From contig JABDJK010000038.1 of NCBI GenBank assembly GCA_013002535.1, positions 27,804 through 91,803 on the forward strand: 64,000 nt of DNA. Direction: 5' to 3'. Of the stretch, positions 1 through 9,642 are shown piece by piece; position 1 is the first letter of the stretch; the number at the start of each line of letters is the position of its first letter. Under the pieces are notes generated by a model that saw only the letters and a program-made list of their open reading frames with translations, ran no database searches and was not told the DNA's origin. The stretch comes from Hyphococcus sp. GTDB taxonomy: Bacteria > Pseudomonadota > Alphaproteobacteria > Caulobacterales > Parvularculaceae. Position numbers and translations under genes: made by a program.

Positions 1-2
1 TC

Positions 3-791
3 GAAAAAACCGGATCCGCCAAAGGTCCGCTTCTTTCGTTCGCGCGATGGGCTGAGAAAATGACATTCAAGATCGCAGATCGGGTGATTTCCACCAATTC
101 TTCATTTCGTGATCATGCATTATCGTCTGGGCTTATATCCCAACAGGACGTCAATATTGTTTATTCCTCCCCGGATCTCGAACGGTTACGCGCCGGAAAC
201 CAAAAAAGCTCCCTGAAGAAGGGCGCAGCACATTTATTGTTCTGGGTCGGCGTTATTGGTTCGCAAGATGGTCTCGATATTTTGCTGGATGCGATGGCGC
301 ATTTGCGCACGCTTCCAGGCGGTGATGACTTTCATTTGCTGATTGCCGGCGACGGGCCTGAACGCGCAGTCATGGAAGCGCGCTCGCGAATGCTCGACCT
401 TGACGATCTCGTTACCTTTGCGGGCTTTTTGAGCGGTGATGATCTCGCAGATGCTTTTGCCACGGCAGATATCGGCGTTGGATCTGACCCAAAGAACGAC
501 TTTAACGATCGCCTCGCCATGAACAAGGTGCTTGAATACATGGCCTATAATTTGCCCATGGCGATGTTTGACCTGAATGAATCCCGCAAGATAGCCGGGG
601 ACAGCGCGTTCTATGCGTCAAACAATGATCCGGCCGCGCTCGCGGCTTGCATTTCCAACTTGATAGAATCGCCTGCGGTTCGCAGCGCCATGGGCGCGCG
701 CGGCCGTACGCGGCTTGAGACTTCCTATTCCTGGGAAACACAAAAACAGCGTTATCTCGATGTGTATCGTTCGATCATCGAAGCGCGTTGA
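3..791 (+). CDS. Glycosyltransferase family 4, 5' end truncated by the window edge
   Basis: Frame is open from base 3 to the stop at 791. GT-B C-terminal motifs LLIAGDGPER and KVLEYMA. Confidence 0.9.
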   Translation, partial: EKTGSAKGPLLSFARWAEKMTFKIADRVISTNSSFRDHALSSGLISQQDVNIVYSSPDLERLRAGNQKSSLKKGAAHLLFWVGVIGSQDGLDILLDAMAHLRTLPGGDDFHLLIAGDGPERAVMEARSRMLDLDDLVTFAGFLSGDDLADAFATADIGVGSDPKNDFNDRLAMNKVLEYMAYNLPMAMFDLNESRKIAGDSAFYASNNDPAALAACISNLIESPAVRSAMGARGRTRLETSYSWETQKQRYLDVYRSIIEAR

Positions 792-1647
792 CATCAGCGT
801 TATCGTTCCGCATTTCGAGCAAGCGGAACTTTTGCGTGCGTGTTTACGCAGTCTTGATGCGCAAACGCTCGCAAAAACGGATTTCGAAGTAATCGTTGTC
901 GACAACAATTCGTCATGCGATCTCTTCGATATTCGGGCCGAGTTTCCGTTGTTTAAATTTCTCAGCGAGTCCAAACAAGGCGCCGCCCATGCGCGAAACG
1001 CCGGGATAGACGCCGCTCGCGGCGAAAATTTTGCGTTTATCGATGCGGACTGCACCGCGGCGCCGGATTGGCTGGAGAACGGTTTAAAGAAACTTGGGTC
1101 CAGCCCGCTTTTTGGCGGTGAAATATTTGTAACGGCGGAACGGCCTAAATCACCAACGCCCGTTGAGGCGTTTGAGCGTATCTTTGCATTTCATCAACGA
1201 ACCTATATCGAACGTAAACGTTTTTCCGTGACGGCGAACCTTTTTGCGACACGCGCCACAGTTGAAAAGATCGGACCGTTCCACAATGGGATCGCCGAAG
1301 ACCTTGAATGGTGTCATCGCGCTGCGGCGCTAGGGTTTCATTTAGCATTTAACGATACATCAATCGTACGCCACCCGGCGCGAAAGACGTGGGACGAACT
1401 CGTTTCCAAATGGGAGCGGCTCACATTGGAGCGCTGGAATGGTTTTGGAGGGCGTAGTCTGATCCGCCGAGTAAGGTGGGCGGGTCTGGTGGTCGCAACG
1501 GCTTTATCGCCGGCGCCGCATTTTGTGTCTGTTTTGTTTTCCAACCGCGTTTCGGGATGGAAAAACAAGATTGGCGCGGCGACGGTTTTGCTGCGGATTC
1601 GCTTATGGCGGGCGCGGCGAATGATGTCGTTGTTATCGCCGGCGTAA
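760..1647 (+). CDS. Glycosyltransferase family 2 (start uncertain, 715-790)
   Basis: ISVIVP...VIVVDNNS, ARNAGI, and DxD motif FIDADC. Confidence 0.9.
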   Translation: MCIVRSSKRVDISVIVPHFEQAELLRACLRSLDAQTLAKTDFEVIVVDNNSSCDLFDIRAEFPLFKFLSESKQGAAHARNAGIDAARGENFAFIDADCTAAPDWLENGLKKLGSSPLFGGEIFVTAERPKSPTPVEAFERIFAFHQRTYIERKRFSVTANLFATRATVEKIGPFHNGIAEDLEWCHRAAALGFHLAFNDTSIVRHPARKTWDELVSKWERLTLERWNGFGGRSLIRRVRWAGLVVATALSPAPHFVSVLFSNRVSGWKNKIGAATVLLRIRLWRARRMMSLLSPA

Positions 1648-1674
1648 TATGCCCTTCGCGAGAAAAGCGGAGGT

Positions 1675-2550
1675 ATGGCGATGCATTCAGTGCGCCAATT
1701 ATTAATCGGAATCGCATTTGTCTTCGCATTAGCGTGTGGCGGCCCGGCCGCCAATGCGGCTGACCGCCAAAAGGCCGACAGCGGCAAAACGCAGATTGTC
1801 GCAAAGCTTGGCCGCCGCGAAATCACAATCAGCGACCTACGCAGCGAAATGGCGCGGTCGGGTTTGTCGCCGAATGAACCGGCTTCCGAACGTATTGCCC
1901 TGGAGCGTATCATCACACGCGCGCTCCTGACGGATGCTGCGCGCGACGCAAATCTTCATCGCCAGCCGGAAGCCATGCGGCGCATGGCCATCGCCCAGGA
2001 ACAGGCGCTTGCCGATCTTTATCTTACGACGGCGTCACAGCCGCCGGAACCGACCCGTGATGAAATTGAACAGTTTGTTCGGGAAAACCCAACCTTATTC
2101 GCAAAGCGGCGCGCTTATTCTTTTTCTGTCCTGACGCTGCCAACAAACAATTTTGATGAAGAAAAATTTTCGCCGCTCTTTGACGAATCAGAAAATTTTG
2201 ATGCGCTGTCTGTGGTATTAAATGACGCAAATATTGAATTTTCTGTTGGCCCGGCGCGGCAAGTCGCAAATGCGTTTCCGGAAGCCATCCGTGATCAGCT
2301 GGCCGAGTATGGCGTCCGCGATAACATCGTCATCAAGGGTGCGCAGAATACACAAATCATGAAAATTACCGGTGTCGAAAGGGCGCCGCTGAACTCCAAG
2401 GACAGCCTTGTTCTCGCGCGCAATGCATTGTTGCGCATGAATGCGGATGACCGCGCGAAAAACTTATTGGCAAGCCTGCGCAAAAAGACTTCGCTTTCTT
2501 ACTACCGGAAATCTGCAGCGCCGCTATCTGACACCAAGGGTATGGAATAA
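1675..2550 (+). CDS. epsD: EpsD-family peptidyl-prolyl isomerase-like periplasmic protein (SurA N-domain)
   Basis: Signal peptide; IVAKLGRREITISDL and ALERIITRALL SurA-type helices; position ahead of EpsF/EpsG/exosortase; GGAGG RBS. Confidence 0.7.
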   Translation: MAMHSVRQLLIGIAFVFALACGGPAANAADRQKADSGKTQIVAKLGRREITISDLRSEMARSGLSPNEPASERIALERIITRALLTDAARDANLHRQPEAMRRMAIAQEQALADLYLTTASQPPEPTRDEIEQFVRENPTLFAKRRAYSFSVLTLPTNNFDEEKFSPLFDESENFDALSVVLNDANIEFSVGPARQVANAFPEAIRDQLAEYGVRDNIVIKGAQNTQIMKITGVERAPLNSKDSLVLARNALLRMNADDRAKNLLASLRKKTSLSYYRKSAAPLSDTKGME

Positions 2551-2555
2551 CCCGA

Positions 2556-3950
2556 ATGGGATTGAACGCTCTCTTTACAGTGCTTCTCGCACGCAAATGG
2601 ATCCTAATCCAGGCGGTAATGGTTGGGGCGTTAGCGGCGTTGTTGGTTGGTTTAATATTGCCAAAAGAATACCGTTCGACAGCGCGGGTGCAGGTCGATT
2701 CGCTTCAGCAAAATTTGTTGACAGGAAACTTCGAGCCGCGGGTGCGGGTTTCTGAATTTCTTGGCCAACAAGCGGCCATCGCGGGCAGTCGCAGCGTAGC
2801 GGTGCAAGTCTACGATACGCTGGTTGCGCAAGGTCAGCTGATTGAGTCCGATCTTGAGGCTGAATGGCGCGAGGCCACCGGCGGCGAACTGGTCGCTGGC
2901 AACGACGCGCGGCTTTGGGCGGCTGACAAGCTTTTAAAGAAGCTCGAAATTGAAGCGGACGCCGGCCAAAGCACTCTGACAATTGGCTTCAAAAGCGAAG
3001 ATCCGAGCCAGTCGGCGCGGGTCGCGAACGCCTTCGCCAGTCAATATATGCAGTCCGTCCTCGATCAGCGCCAACGCCGCGCTGCCCGGAACGCGGCAAA
3101 CTTTTCCGGCGAAACAGAATCGCTCGAAGAAAACATCGAACAAGCCCAGCGCGACCTGACAGATTTTCGTCAGCAATCAGGTATTGTTGGTCTCGGCGCG
3201 CAACGTCTCGAAAATAGCGAAGTTGAACTTGCCGCTGTCACTATGCGACTTGCCGAGGCCCGCGCTGATTTATCAGAAGCCCAATCGCTGCTGCGCCAGG
3301 CGCGCGAAGCAACGGGCCGCGAACTTCTAACGCTCCCATTATCGCAGGAAATCGCGTCCGGCCGTCAGGCGCAATCGCGCCTTGGGTCCGTTCTGGTGCA
3401 ACTTCAACGCCTGAATGACCGATATGGCCCGACCTATCCAAGTCTCATTGAAGCGGACAATGAACGCCGTGCGCTTGAGCGGACAATTTTAAAATCGGTT
3501 GAAGACCGCGCAGAATTCGCAGAGCGCCGGGTCGCCGCCCTCGAAGCTAATCTGCAACAGAAAAAAACTGAAGTTGTCGCACTCCAGGAAACGAAACAAA
3601 CATACGATGTCCTCTCCAAGCGTGTCGATGCGAGCCGTGAGACCTATGACCTTGTGACGACGCGCTCTTTGCAGGAAATGCTTCAATCGCGCGTTGGCGT
3701 CGTCGATGTCTTGATGTTGGCGCGCGCTGTGCCGGCAGAAAACCCGTTCACGCCGCATATAGCAATTATCATTTTCGCCGGCGCTGTGATCGGCATGGCG
3801 CTTGGCGCCGCATCGGCGGTGGCGTTTGAATTATATGAAGGCCGAATTCGCAGCGAAGAAACCGTCGCGAGATTATTAAAAGCGCCAGTTGTTGCGGATA
3901 TTTCATTACCCAAGCGCGCCAAGCCCAAACCCATAAGGCGGGCCGCATGA
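2556..3950 (+). CDS. epsF: Polysaccharide chain-length determinant (EpsF/GumC/Wzz-type co-polymerase)
   Basis: N- and C-terminal TM segments, P.EYRSTARV, ARVANAFASQY, long periplasmic coiled coil, YGPTYP. Confidence 0.85.
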   Translation: MGLNALFTVLLARKWILIQAVMVGALAALLVGLILPKEYRSTARVQVDSLQQNLLTGNFEPRVRVSEFLGQQAAIAGSRSVAVQVYDTLVAQGQLIESDLEAEWREATGGELVAGNDARLWAADKLLKKLEIEADAGQSTLTIGFKSEDPSQSARVANAFASQYMQSVLDQRQRRAARNAANFSGETESLEENIEQAQRDLTDFRQQSGIVGLGAQRLENSEVELAAVTMRLAEARADLSEAQSLLRQAREATGRELLTLPLSQEIASGRQAQSRLGSVLVQLQRLNDRYGPTYPSLIEADNERRALERTILKSVEDRAEFAERRVAALEANLQQKKTEVVALQETKQTYDVLSKRVDASRETYDLVTTRSLQEMLQSRVGVVDVLMLARAVPAENPFTPHIAIIIFAGAVIGMALGAASAVAFELYEGRIRSEETVARLLKAPVVADISLPKRAKPKPIRRAA

Positions 3951-4849
3951 ATATAAATACCTCACCATCGCCAAAAATGGCGCAGCGTATTCTCGCTGAA
4001 AACTTTTCCGGCGCTTCCGAAACGCTGATCGCACCGCTTGCGGAAACTATAGTACGGCTCGGCCGTATGTCCGCCGAGGACGCAGCGCGTGTAGAAGATG
4101 CGCGGAATAAAACCCAGATGCCTTTCGGCCGGACGGCGGTCCGGATGGGGCTGCTCTCGAAAGCGGATTTGCAATACGCACTCGGTGTTCAGCTCGGATT
4201 TCTTCACGAAACCAACAATCCTGTAATTATTCCGCAATTGCTTGCGGTCGCGAATAATCCCTATTCAAAAACCGCAGAACAATTTCGTTCCATGCGAACG
4301 CACCTACTCGCGGGTCGTGATCCCAAAGATCTAAATTTGTTCGCAATTACGGACGCGGACGAGCGTTGTGGCGCAGATTTTATCGCAGCAAACCTCGCCG
4401 CGTCGTTTACGCAACTTGGCAAGCGTGTGGCGCTTGTTGATGCTCGTCTTCGAAAACCGACGCTTGGAAAAATCTTTGCCGCCGACGCAAGTGAGGGCGT
4501 CAGTAATTTCGTCGCAGGCGGCGCGTCGGTGGAAAATGTTGTCCACCCTACGCTTATTAAAAATCTTGATCTTACGCCTGCAGGCGTCTCGGTCGCCGAT
4601 GCGCAGACGATATTGGCGTCTCAGAGATTTTCGTCGCTCCTTAATGCGCTTCGCAACAATTATGAAATTGTCATTGTACTGAGCCCGGCCTTCGGTGAAT
4701 CAACGGATGTTGAATTCGTATGGGCGGCGGCGGAAAAAGCCATCATTGTGGTTCGCAAAGATCATTCGCGGGTTGATACGCTTCGGAGTATCGAGAAAGC
4801 AGCGCGGCGATCAGGCGGGCTAATCATCGGCGCGACATTTACGAACTGA
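3947..4849 (+). CDS. epsG: EpsG-like BY-kinase homologue with degenerate catalytic motifs
   Basis: AEQFRSMRT, AANLAASFTQLGKRVALVDA, NLDLTPAG; ATGA overlap with epsF. Confidence 0.8.
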   Translation: MNINTSPSPKMAQRILAENFSGASETLIAPLAETIVRLGRMSAEDAARVEDARNKTQMPFGRTAVRMGLLSKADLQYALGVQLGFLHETNNPVIIPQLLAVANNPYSKTAEQFRSMRTHLLAGRDPKDLNLFAITDADERCGADFIAANLAASFTQLGKRVALVDARLRKPTLGKIFAADASEGVSNFVAGGASVENVVHPTLIKNLDLTPAGVSVADAQTILASQRFSSLLNALRNNYEIVIVLSPAFGESTDVEFVWAAAEKAIIVVRKDHSRVDTLRSIEKAARRSGGLIIGATFTN

Positions 4850-4857
4850 GGTCCGGC

Positions 4858-5730
4858 ATGGCGACCGCAGGCGCACAAAATTTCAATACTGAATTTAGCA
4901 GAAACTGCTTGCTGGCGGCGCTAATCATAGCCGGATGGGTCGTTTTATATGCGCCCGTATATCTGCAATTTCTTGATACCGCCTGGGCGCGCGAAGAAAA
5001 CGGCCATGTTCCGTTTGTGATGGCGATTGCAATTGGCGCGGCGTGGAGCCGGCTGCAACTGGGCGGTTTCACGCCGGCGCCGATGCGTGAATTTCGGTTT
5101 GGGGTTGTTGGTTTGATGATTGGGCTCGCACTATTTGCCATCGGTCGCATCGGTGAGATTGATCTTTTTTTGTCGGCGTCTCAATCGGCGATTGCGGCCT
5201 CGCTCGTTCTATCCCTGTTTGGCGTCGATGGCGTAAAGCGTCTCTGGTTCCCGTTATTGCTCACCGCCTATTTAATTATTCTTCCCGGGTGGGCGTTAGA
5301 CGCGGCGACAGCGCCGCTCAAACGATTTGTGTCAATTGTCGTCAGTGAAACGCTTTATCTTTTTGGCGCGCCAGTCGCGCATTCCGGCGCCGTTATTTCC
5401 GCCGGCCCGTATCAGCTTTTGGTCGCGGACGCCTGCGCTGGCCTGAACTCGATTATTGCTCTGACGTCGGTGGGCGCAGTTTATCTTTATGTGGTCAAAC
5501 GCCAATCGATCAAAACCAATATTGCCGTCATCGCTGCACTATTGCCGCTTGCAATTATCGCAAACCTCATTCGGGTGGCGATGCTGGTGTTGATCACGCT
5601 CTATCTGGGATATGATGCGGGCCAGAGCTTTCTCCATGATCTCGCTGGACTGGTAATGTTTGCAATCGCGCTGGCTGGTGTGTTCTTGGTCGATGCGATT
5701 GCCGCGCGCATGTTTGAGGCGCCGCCATGA
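4858..5730 (+). CDS. Exosortase (EpsH/XrtB-like)
   Basis: Multi-TM protein with the Cys-Arg-His catalytic set: VADACAGLNS, ANLIRV, FLHDLAG; N-terminal ENGHVP. Confidence 0.92.
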   Translation: MATAGAQNFNTEFSRNCLLAALIIAGWVVLYAPVYLQFLDTAWAREENGHVPFVMAIAIGAAWSRLQLGGFTPAPMREFRFGVVGLMIGLALFAIGRIGEIDLFLSASQSAIAASLVLSLFGVDGVKRLWFPLLLTAYLIILPGWALDAATAPLKRFVSIVVSETLYLFGAPVAHSGAVISAGPYQLLVADACAGLNSIIALTSVGAVYLYVVKRQSIKTNIAVIAALLPLAIIANLIRVAMLVLITLYLGYDAGQSFLHDLAGLVMFAIALAGVFLVDAIAARMFEAPP

Positions 5731-6377
5731 TTGCGCGCGCAGCCTTCCTGACAACGCTTATGATTGCTGCAGCGCTTGCCAGCGCTATTGTCAAATCGCC
5801 TGCACCAGCAAAAATTTCGGCGCCGGATCTTGCGGCGCTAGCGCCGGAAAAATTCGGCGACTGGCAGGAGATTGAGATATCATCGGTTGTCCTGCCCGCA
5901 GAATTGGAACTCGGGCCGGGCGAAGCAATTCTTTACCGGGCTTATAGCGACAACGCTGGCCGAACGGTTACGCTTGTTGCCGCTTATGGCCCGCCGCTTG
6001 GCGATTCGGTGCGATTGCACAGGCCGGAAAGCTGTTACGTTGCGCAAGGGTATACAATTGCAAAGCGATCAAAGACGCCTCTCGTCATCGGCGACTATGC
6101 GTTGCCGGTAATCCGCATGGATACGGAAAAATCCTTACGTCGCGAAGCTGTCTCATACTGGTTGCGCGACGGCGATGCGTTTGCCGAATCAGCGGCAGAC
6201 CATCAATTGCTGTCATTTCGACGCGGCGTATCAAATCGTGCTGATGGCGCCTTAGTGCGTGTTTCTTCTTCCGGCGCGGGCGAGACTGCTTATGAAATTC
6301 ATATAGAATTTTTGTCGGCGTTTGTTGATGCGCTTCCGCCGGAAGGCCGCAAGCTCTTTTTGGGTGAAGTTAGATGA
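5727..6377 (+). CDS. epsI: Exosortase-associated EpsI-family protein
   Basis: LAPEKFGDW, LHRPESCYVAQG, DGALVRVSS; ATGA overlap with exosortase. Confidence 0.88.
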   Translation: MIARAAFLTTLMIAAALASAIVKSPAPAKISAPDLAALAPEKFGDWQEIEISSVVLPAELELGPGEAILYRAYSDNAGRTVTLVAAYGPPLGDSVRLHRPESCYVAQGYTIAKRSKTPLVIGDYALPVIRMDTEKSLRREAVSYWLRDGDAFAESAADHQLLSFRRGVSNRADGALVRVSSSGAGETAYEIHIEFLSAFVDALPPEGRKLFLGEVR

Positions 6378-7372
6378 GTATTGGCGCGGTAATTGTGAAT
6401 TACAATACAGGCGCACTCGCGATTGATGCGGCGCTCAGTATTTTAGGCGACGTCCCATCTGTAAAAATCGTTATTGTCGATAATGCGTCAATTGACGACT
6501 CAATTTCAGTTTTACGATCGGCGTTTTCCGGCGAAGTTGATCATGTTCCGTTGGCGCCGACCAATGCGCCGTCGCCCGTTGGTTTTGCAGCGCTGCCGAC
6601 AATTAGCGCAGAATTTCTGGAGGAAGATTGCGAACCATCTGGAAAAAATATCACGGTTATTCAAGCGCGGAGAAATCACGGCTTTGGCGCCGGGTGCAAT
6701 ATTGGCCTTCGTTTTCTCCAGCGTCGGTTCAATCCGAATATTTTTCTGCTTCTAAATCCGGACGCTCTTCTCGCCACAGGTGCGATCAACGCCTTTCGGT
6801 CGCGACTTGCAGATCGCGAGGCTGGGCTATGCGGCGCAAGCATACTTCGCTTCGAAAATCCGCAGGAAACGCAAGCATTCGGCGGGGCGTCGTTGAACCG
6901 GCTGACCTTGCTCGGAAAGAACATCGGCGCAGGGCCTGCGTCCGATCAATTGCCGACCCGCAACCTTGTTGAATCAAATTTGTCCTATCCCTTGGGCGCC
7001 GCCATCGCCTTTCGAAAAGATTTCCTGGAACACGCTGGCTTCTTCGATGAAAACTATTTTCTCTATTATGAGGAGGCCGATCTTGTTCGTCGCGGTGCGC
7101 CGGCGTTTCGGCCGGTTTGGGCGCCTGAAGCAATTGTCTATCACCGCCACGGGGCCAGCGCCGGAAGCCGGCGCAAACAGGGTGGCAGGTCTGTGCTGGC
7201 GGACTTTCACATGGCGCGTTCGAGGATGCTTTACGCGCGAAAATGGCGGCCAATTTTGACACCGCTGCTATTATTATTGTCATGCGGCCAAGCCTGCAGA
7301 CGCATTTTGCGCGGCCATTGGCGCCAGGCGGGCGCCATCATGCGCGGCGCCTTCGGCGCGGTCGCGCCCTAA
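6374..7372 (+). CDS. Glycosyltransferase family 2
   Basis: VIVNYN, IVIVDNAS, NHGFGAGCNIG, LLNPD, FLYYEEAD. Confidence 0.9.
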   Translation: MSIGAVIVNYNTGALAIDAALSILGDVPSVKIVIVDNASIDDSISVLRSAFSGEVDHVPLAPTNAPSPVGFAALPTISAEFLEEDCEPSGKNITVIQARRNHGFGAGCNIGLRFLQRRFNPNIFLLLNPDALLATGAINAFRSRLADREAGLCGASILRFENPQETQAFGGASLNRLTLLGKNIGAGPASDQLPTRNLVESNLSYPLGAAIAFRKDFLEHAGFFDENYFLYYEEADLVRRGAPAFRPVWAPEAIVYHRHGASAGSRRKQGGRSVLADFHMARSRMLYARKWRPILTPLLLLLSCGQACRRILRGHWRQAGAIMRGAFGAVAP

Positions 7373-7467
7373 AGAAAAAAATATATAGGGCGACCTCGCC
7401 GAGGTGTTTTGCGCGCCGTTGCGGCGCATGATAAGGACTTTGCGACGCAAATTAGATTGAGCCTTGA

Positions 7468-8967
7468 ATGCGCCAGGACCCGGACGCGCCCGCATCACCA
7501 TCAGAAGCCGAAGAGGAACCAGCCGCCAGCGAACAGTCGCCGTCGGAAGGTGATGGCGCTTCTGCAGATGCCGCGGAAGGAACCGATACTGACATTGTCG
7601 CCGATACCGATGGCTCGGCGATCGAGACTTTGGTCGGCGCCGATAGCATGCGCGAAAAGGGCGAGGAATTTCTAAACTGGTTTCAAAGCCAGATGTTTTC
7701 TGTCGAGATTGCAGTCCAGGCGGTAATTTTGTTTCTGGCGCTGGCGCCGGCGGCTGTTTTTGGCCCGCAAATCAAAAAACTCATACAGACCCAAATCGCG
7801 CCGCGTGCGCCGTACGGGATATTGCGACGGGCGGCGAATGCGTTCGCCTATATCGCGACACCGATTGCACTATTCATCATTTTACAAACGGCGGTTTTTG
7901 CGCTCGGCTTTTTTGACATGTCGAACGCAATTGTTGCTGCTGCGGTAAGCTTGCTAACGGCGTGGATCGTCATTCGCCTGGTCACGCTCGTAATTCGTTC
8001 GCCGTTTTGGTCAAAATTTGCGTTTTACGTTGCATGGCCTATCGCTGCGCTCGACGCCTTCGGAATTCTCGATGATGTCGTCAACCAGCTCAACGCGTTT
8101 TCGATTCCTATCGGGGATTCAAATGGCGTTTCGCAGACTCTGTCGGCGCTCGATGTTATTCGAACTCTCGCAATATTCGGCGTCTTGTTTTGGGGCGCGA
8201 GCGTTGCCGGCAATTTTATCAAGGGCCGAATAAGCGCCATCGATGAGTTGACGGTATCGTTCAAGGCGCTGCTTTCGAAAATACTGGATATTCTTCTACC
8301 GATTGTGGCGTTGATCGCCGCGTTGCAGATCGTGGGTTTCCCGTTTGGAACGCTTGCGATTTTTGGCGGCGCCGTCGGTCTCGGCATCGGTCTCGGTATG
8401 CAGCGTACGGTCTCGAACTTTTTTGCCGGCTTTACGCTCATTGCTGATAAATCCATCAAACCGGGCGATGTGATCGAAATCGAAAACACCTATGGATGGG
8501 TGACGCAAATGAATGCGCGATACGTTTCCCTTCGCACGCGCGACGGCACTGCGCATTTGGTGCCGAACGACAAGTTCATTGAAGAGGGCGTCATCAACTG
8601 GTCGCACTCCGACAAGGTTGTTCGTTTGCATGCAGGTTTTGGCGTCTCCTACAGCACACAGGAGTTGCGAGCGCTGGCGAAAAAGGCAGAAGAAACCGCA
8701 TTGACGATTGATCGCGTATTAAAGGCGCCGGCGCCGCGTTGTAATCTTATTGAGTTTGGCGACAATTCGGTCAATTTCGATCTGCGTTTCTGGATCAATG
8801 ATCCGGCGAACGGCACGGCAAATGTTCGCAGCGACGTGTTCATGGCGATCTGGGAAATGTTGCATGAAGAAGGTATTGAAATTCCGTTCCCGCAACGCGA
8901 CCTTCATATTAAGTCATTGTCGGAGGAAGCGCGCGGTCTGATTGAAACAAAGCCCGAAAACGCCTGA
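7468..8967 (+). CDS. Mechanosensitive ion channel, MscS family
   Basis: GGAVGLGIGLGMQRTVSNFFAG, IKPGDVIEI, VPNDKF, GIEIPFPQRDLH. Confidence 0.92.
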   Translation: MRQDPDAPASPSEAEEEPAASEQSPSEGDGASADAAEGTDTDIVADTDGSAIETLVGADSMREKGEEFLNWFQSQMFSVEIAVQAVILFLALAPAAVFGPQIKKLIQTQIAPRAPYGILRRAANAFAYIATPIALFIILQTAVFALGFFDMSNAIVAAAVSLLTAWIVIRLVTLVIRSPFWSKFAFYVAWPIAALDAFGILDDVVNQLNAFSIPIGDSNGVSQTLSALDVIRTLAIFGVLFWGASVAGNFIKGRISAIDELTVSFKALLSKILDILLPIVALIAALQIVGFPFGTLAIFGGAVGLGIGLGMQRTVSNFFAGFTLIADKSIKPGDVIEIENTYGWVTQMNARYVSLRTRDGTAHLVPNDKFIEEGVINWSHSDKVVRLHAGFGVSYSTQELRALAKKAEETALTIDRVLKAPAPRCNLIEFGDNSVNFDLRFWINDPANGTANVRSDVFMAIWEMLHEEGIEIPFPQRDLHIKSLSEEARGLIETKPENA

Positions 8968-9057
8968 ATTCACGCGCTTGCGACTTTGCGAAGGGCGCCG
9001 CCGGCGCTATAATGAGCGCTCCGGGGCGAGATGGGGCTTAAGTCTGGAGACGTTTGG

Positions 9058-9612
9058 ATGATTAGAAATTTAATTGGATTGGGCGCTGGAATTTTATTGG
9101 CTGCTTGCGCTACTGCAACGCCATACCAACCGGCTGACGGCGCGCGCGGTTACGGATTTTCGGAACAGCGGATCGAATCCGACCGGTATCGCATAACCTT
9201 CCGCGGCAATTCGTCGACGTCGCGCGATACTGTTGAGAATTCGCTTCTCTATCGCGCTGCGGAACTGACTGTGCAGCAGGGCTATGACTATTTCGTTGTT
9301 ATCGAGAATGACACCGAGGCCAGGACTTCCTATAGCGGGTCATCCTATCCGGCATTCTACGGTCGCTATGGATATGGCCGACCGTTCCACCGTCCGTATT
9401 ATTCGTTTCCTTACTACGCATACGGATTTGGTTGGGGCTATCCTTATGACAGCTATGCGCGTGAAATCACACGTTACTCTGCGGTTGCATTCGTCGCGAT
9501 GCATCAAGGAGAAAAGCCGTCGGGCAATTCAAATGCCTTCGATGCACGCGAAGTGATCCAAAACCTTGCGCCGCTGGTTCTAGGCGATCAGGCGCCGGGC
9601 GCTGGCTACTAA
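9058..9612 (+). CDS. Conserved lipoprotein (CC0125/CC1285-like)
   Basis: Lipobox LLAAC; YRITFRGNSSTSR...LLYRAAELT..GYDYF; GGAG RBS before the ATG at 9058. Confidence 0.75.
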   Translation: MIRNLIGLGAGILLAACATATPYQPADGARGYGFSEQRIESDRYRITFRGNSSTSRDTVENSLLYRAAELTVQQGYDYFVVIENDTEARTSYSGSSYPAFYGRYGYGRPFHRPYYSFPYYAYGFGWGYPYDSYAREITRYSAVAFVAMHQGEKPSGNSNAFDAREVIQNLAPLVLGDQAPGAGY

Positions 9613-9642
9613 CCCGCCCGCTTAAAATGAAACTTGAATTGA

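Noticed and set aside
7468-7650. Acidic low-complexity N-terminus of MscS
   Set aside because: No true repeat unit; probably a disordered extension or start-site ambiguity.
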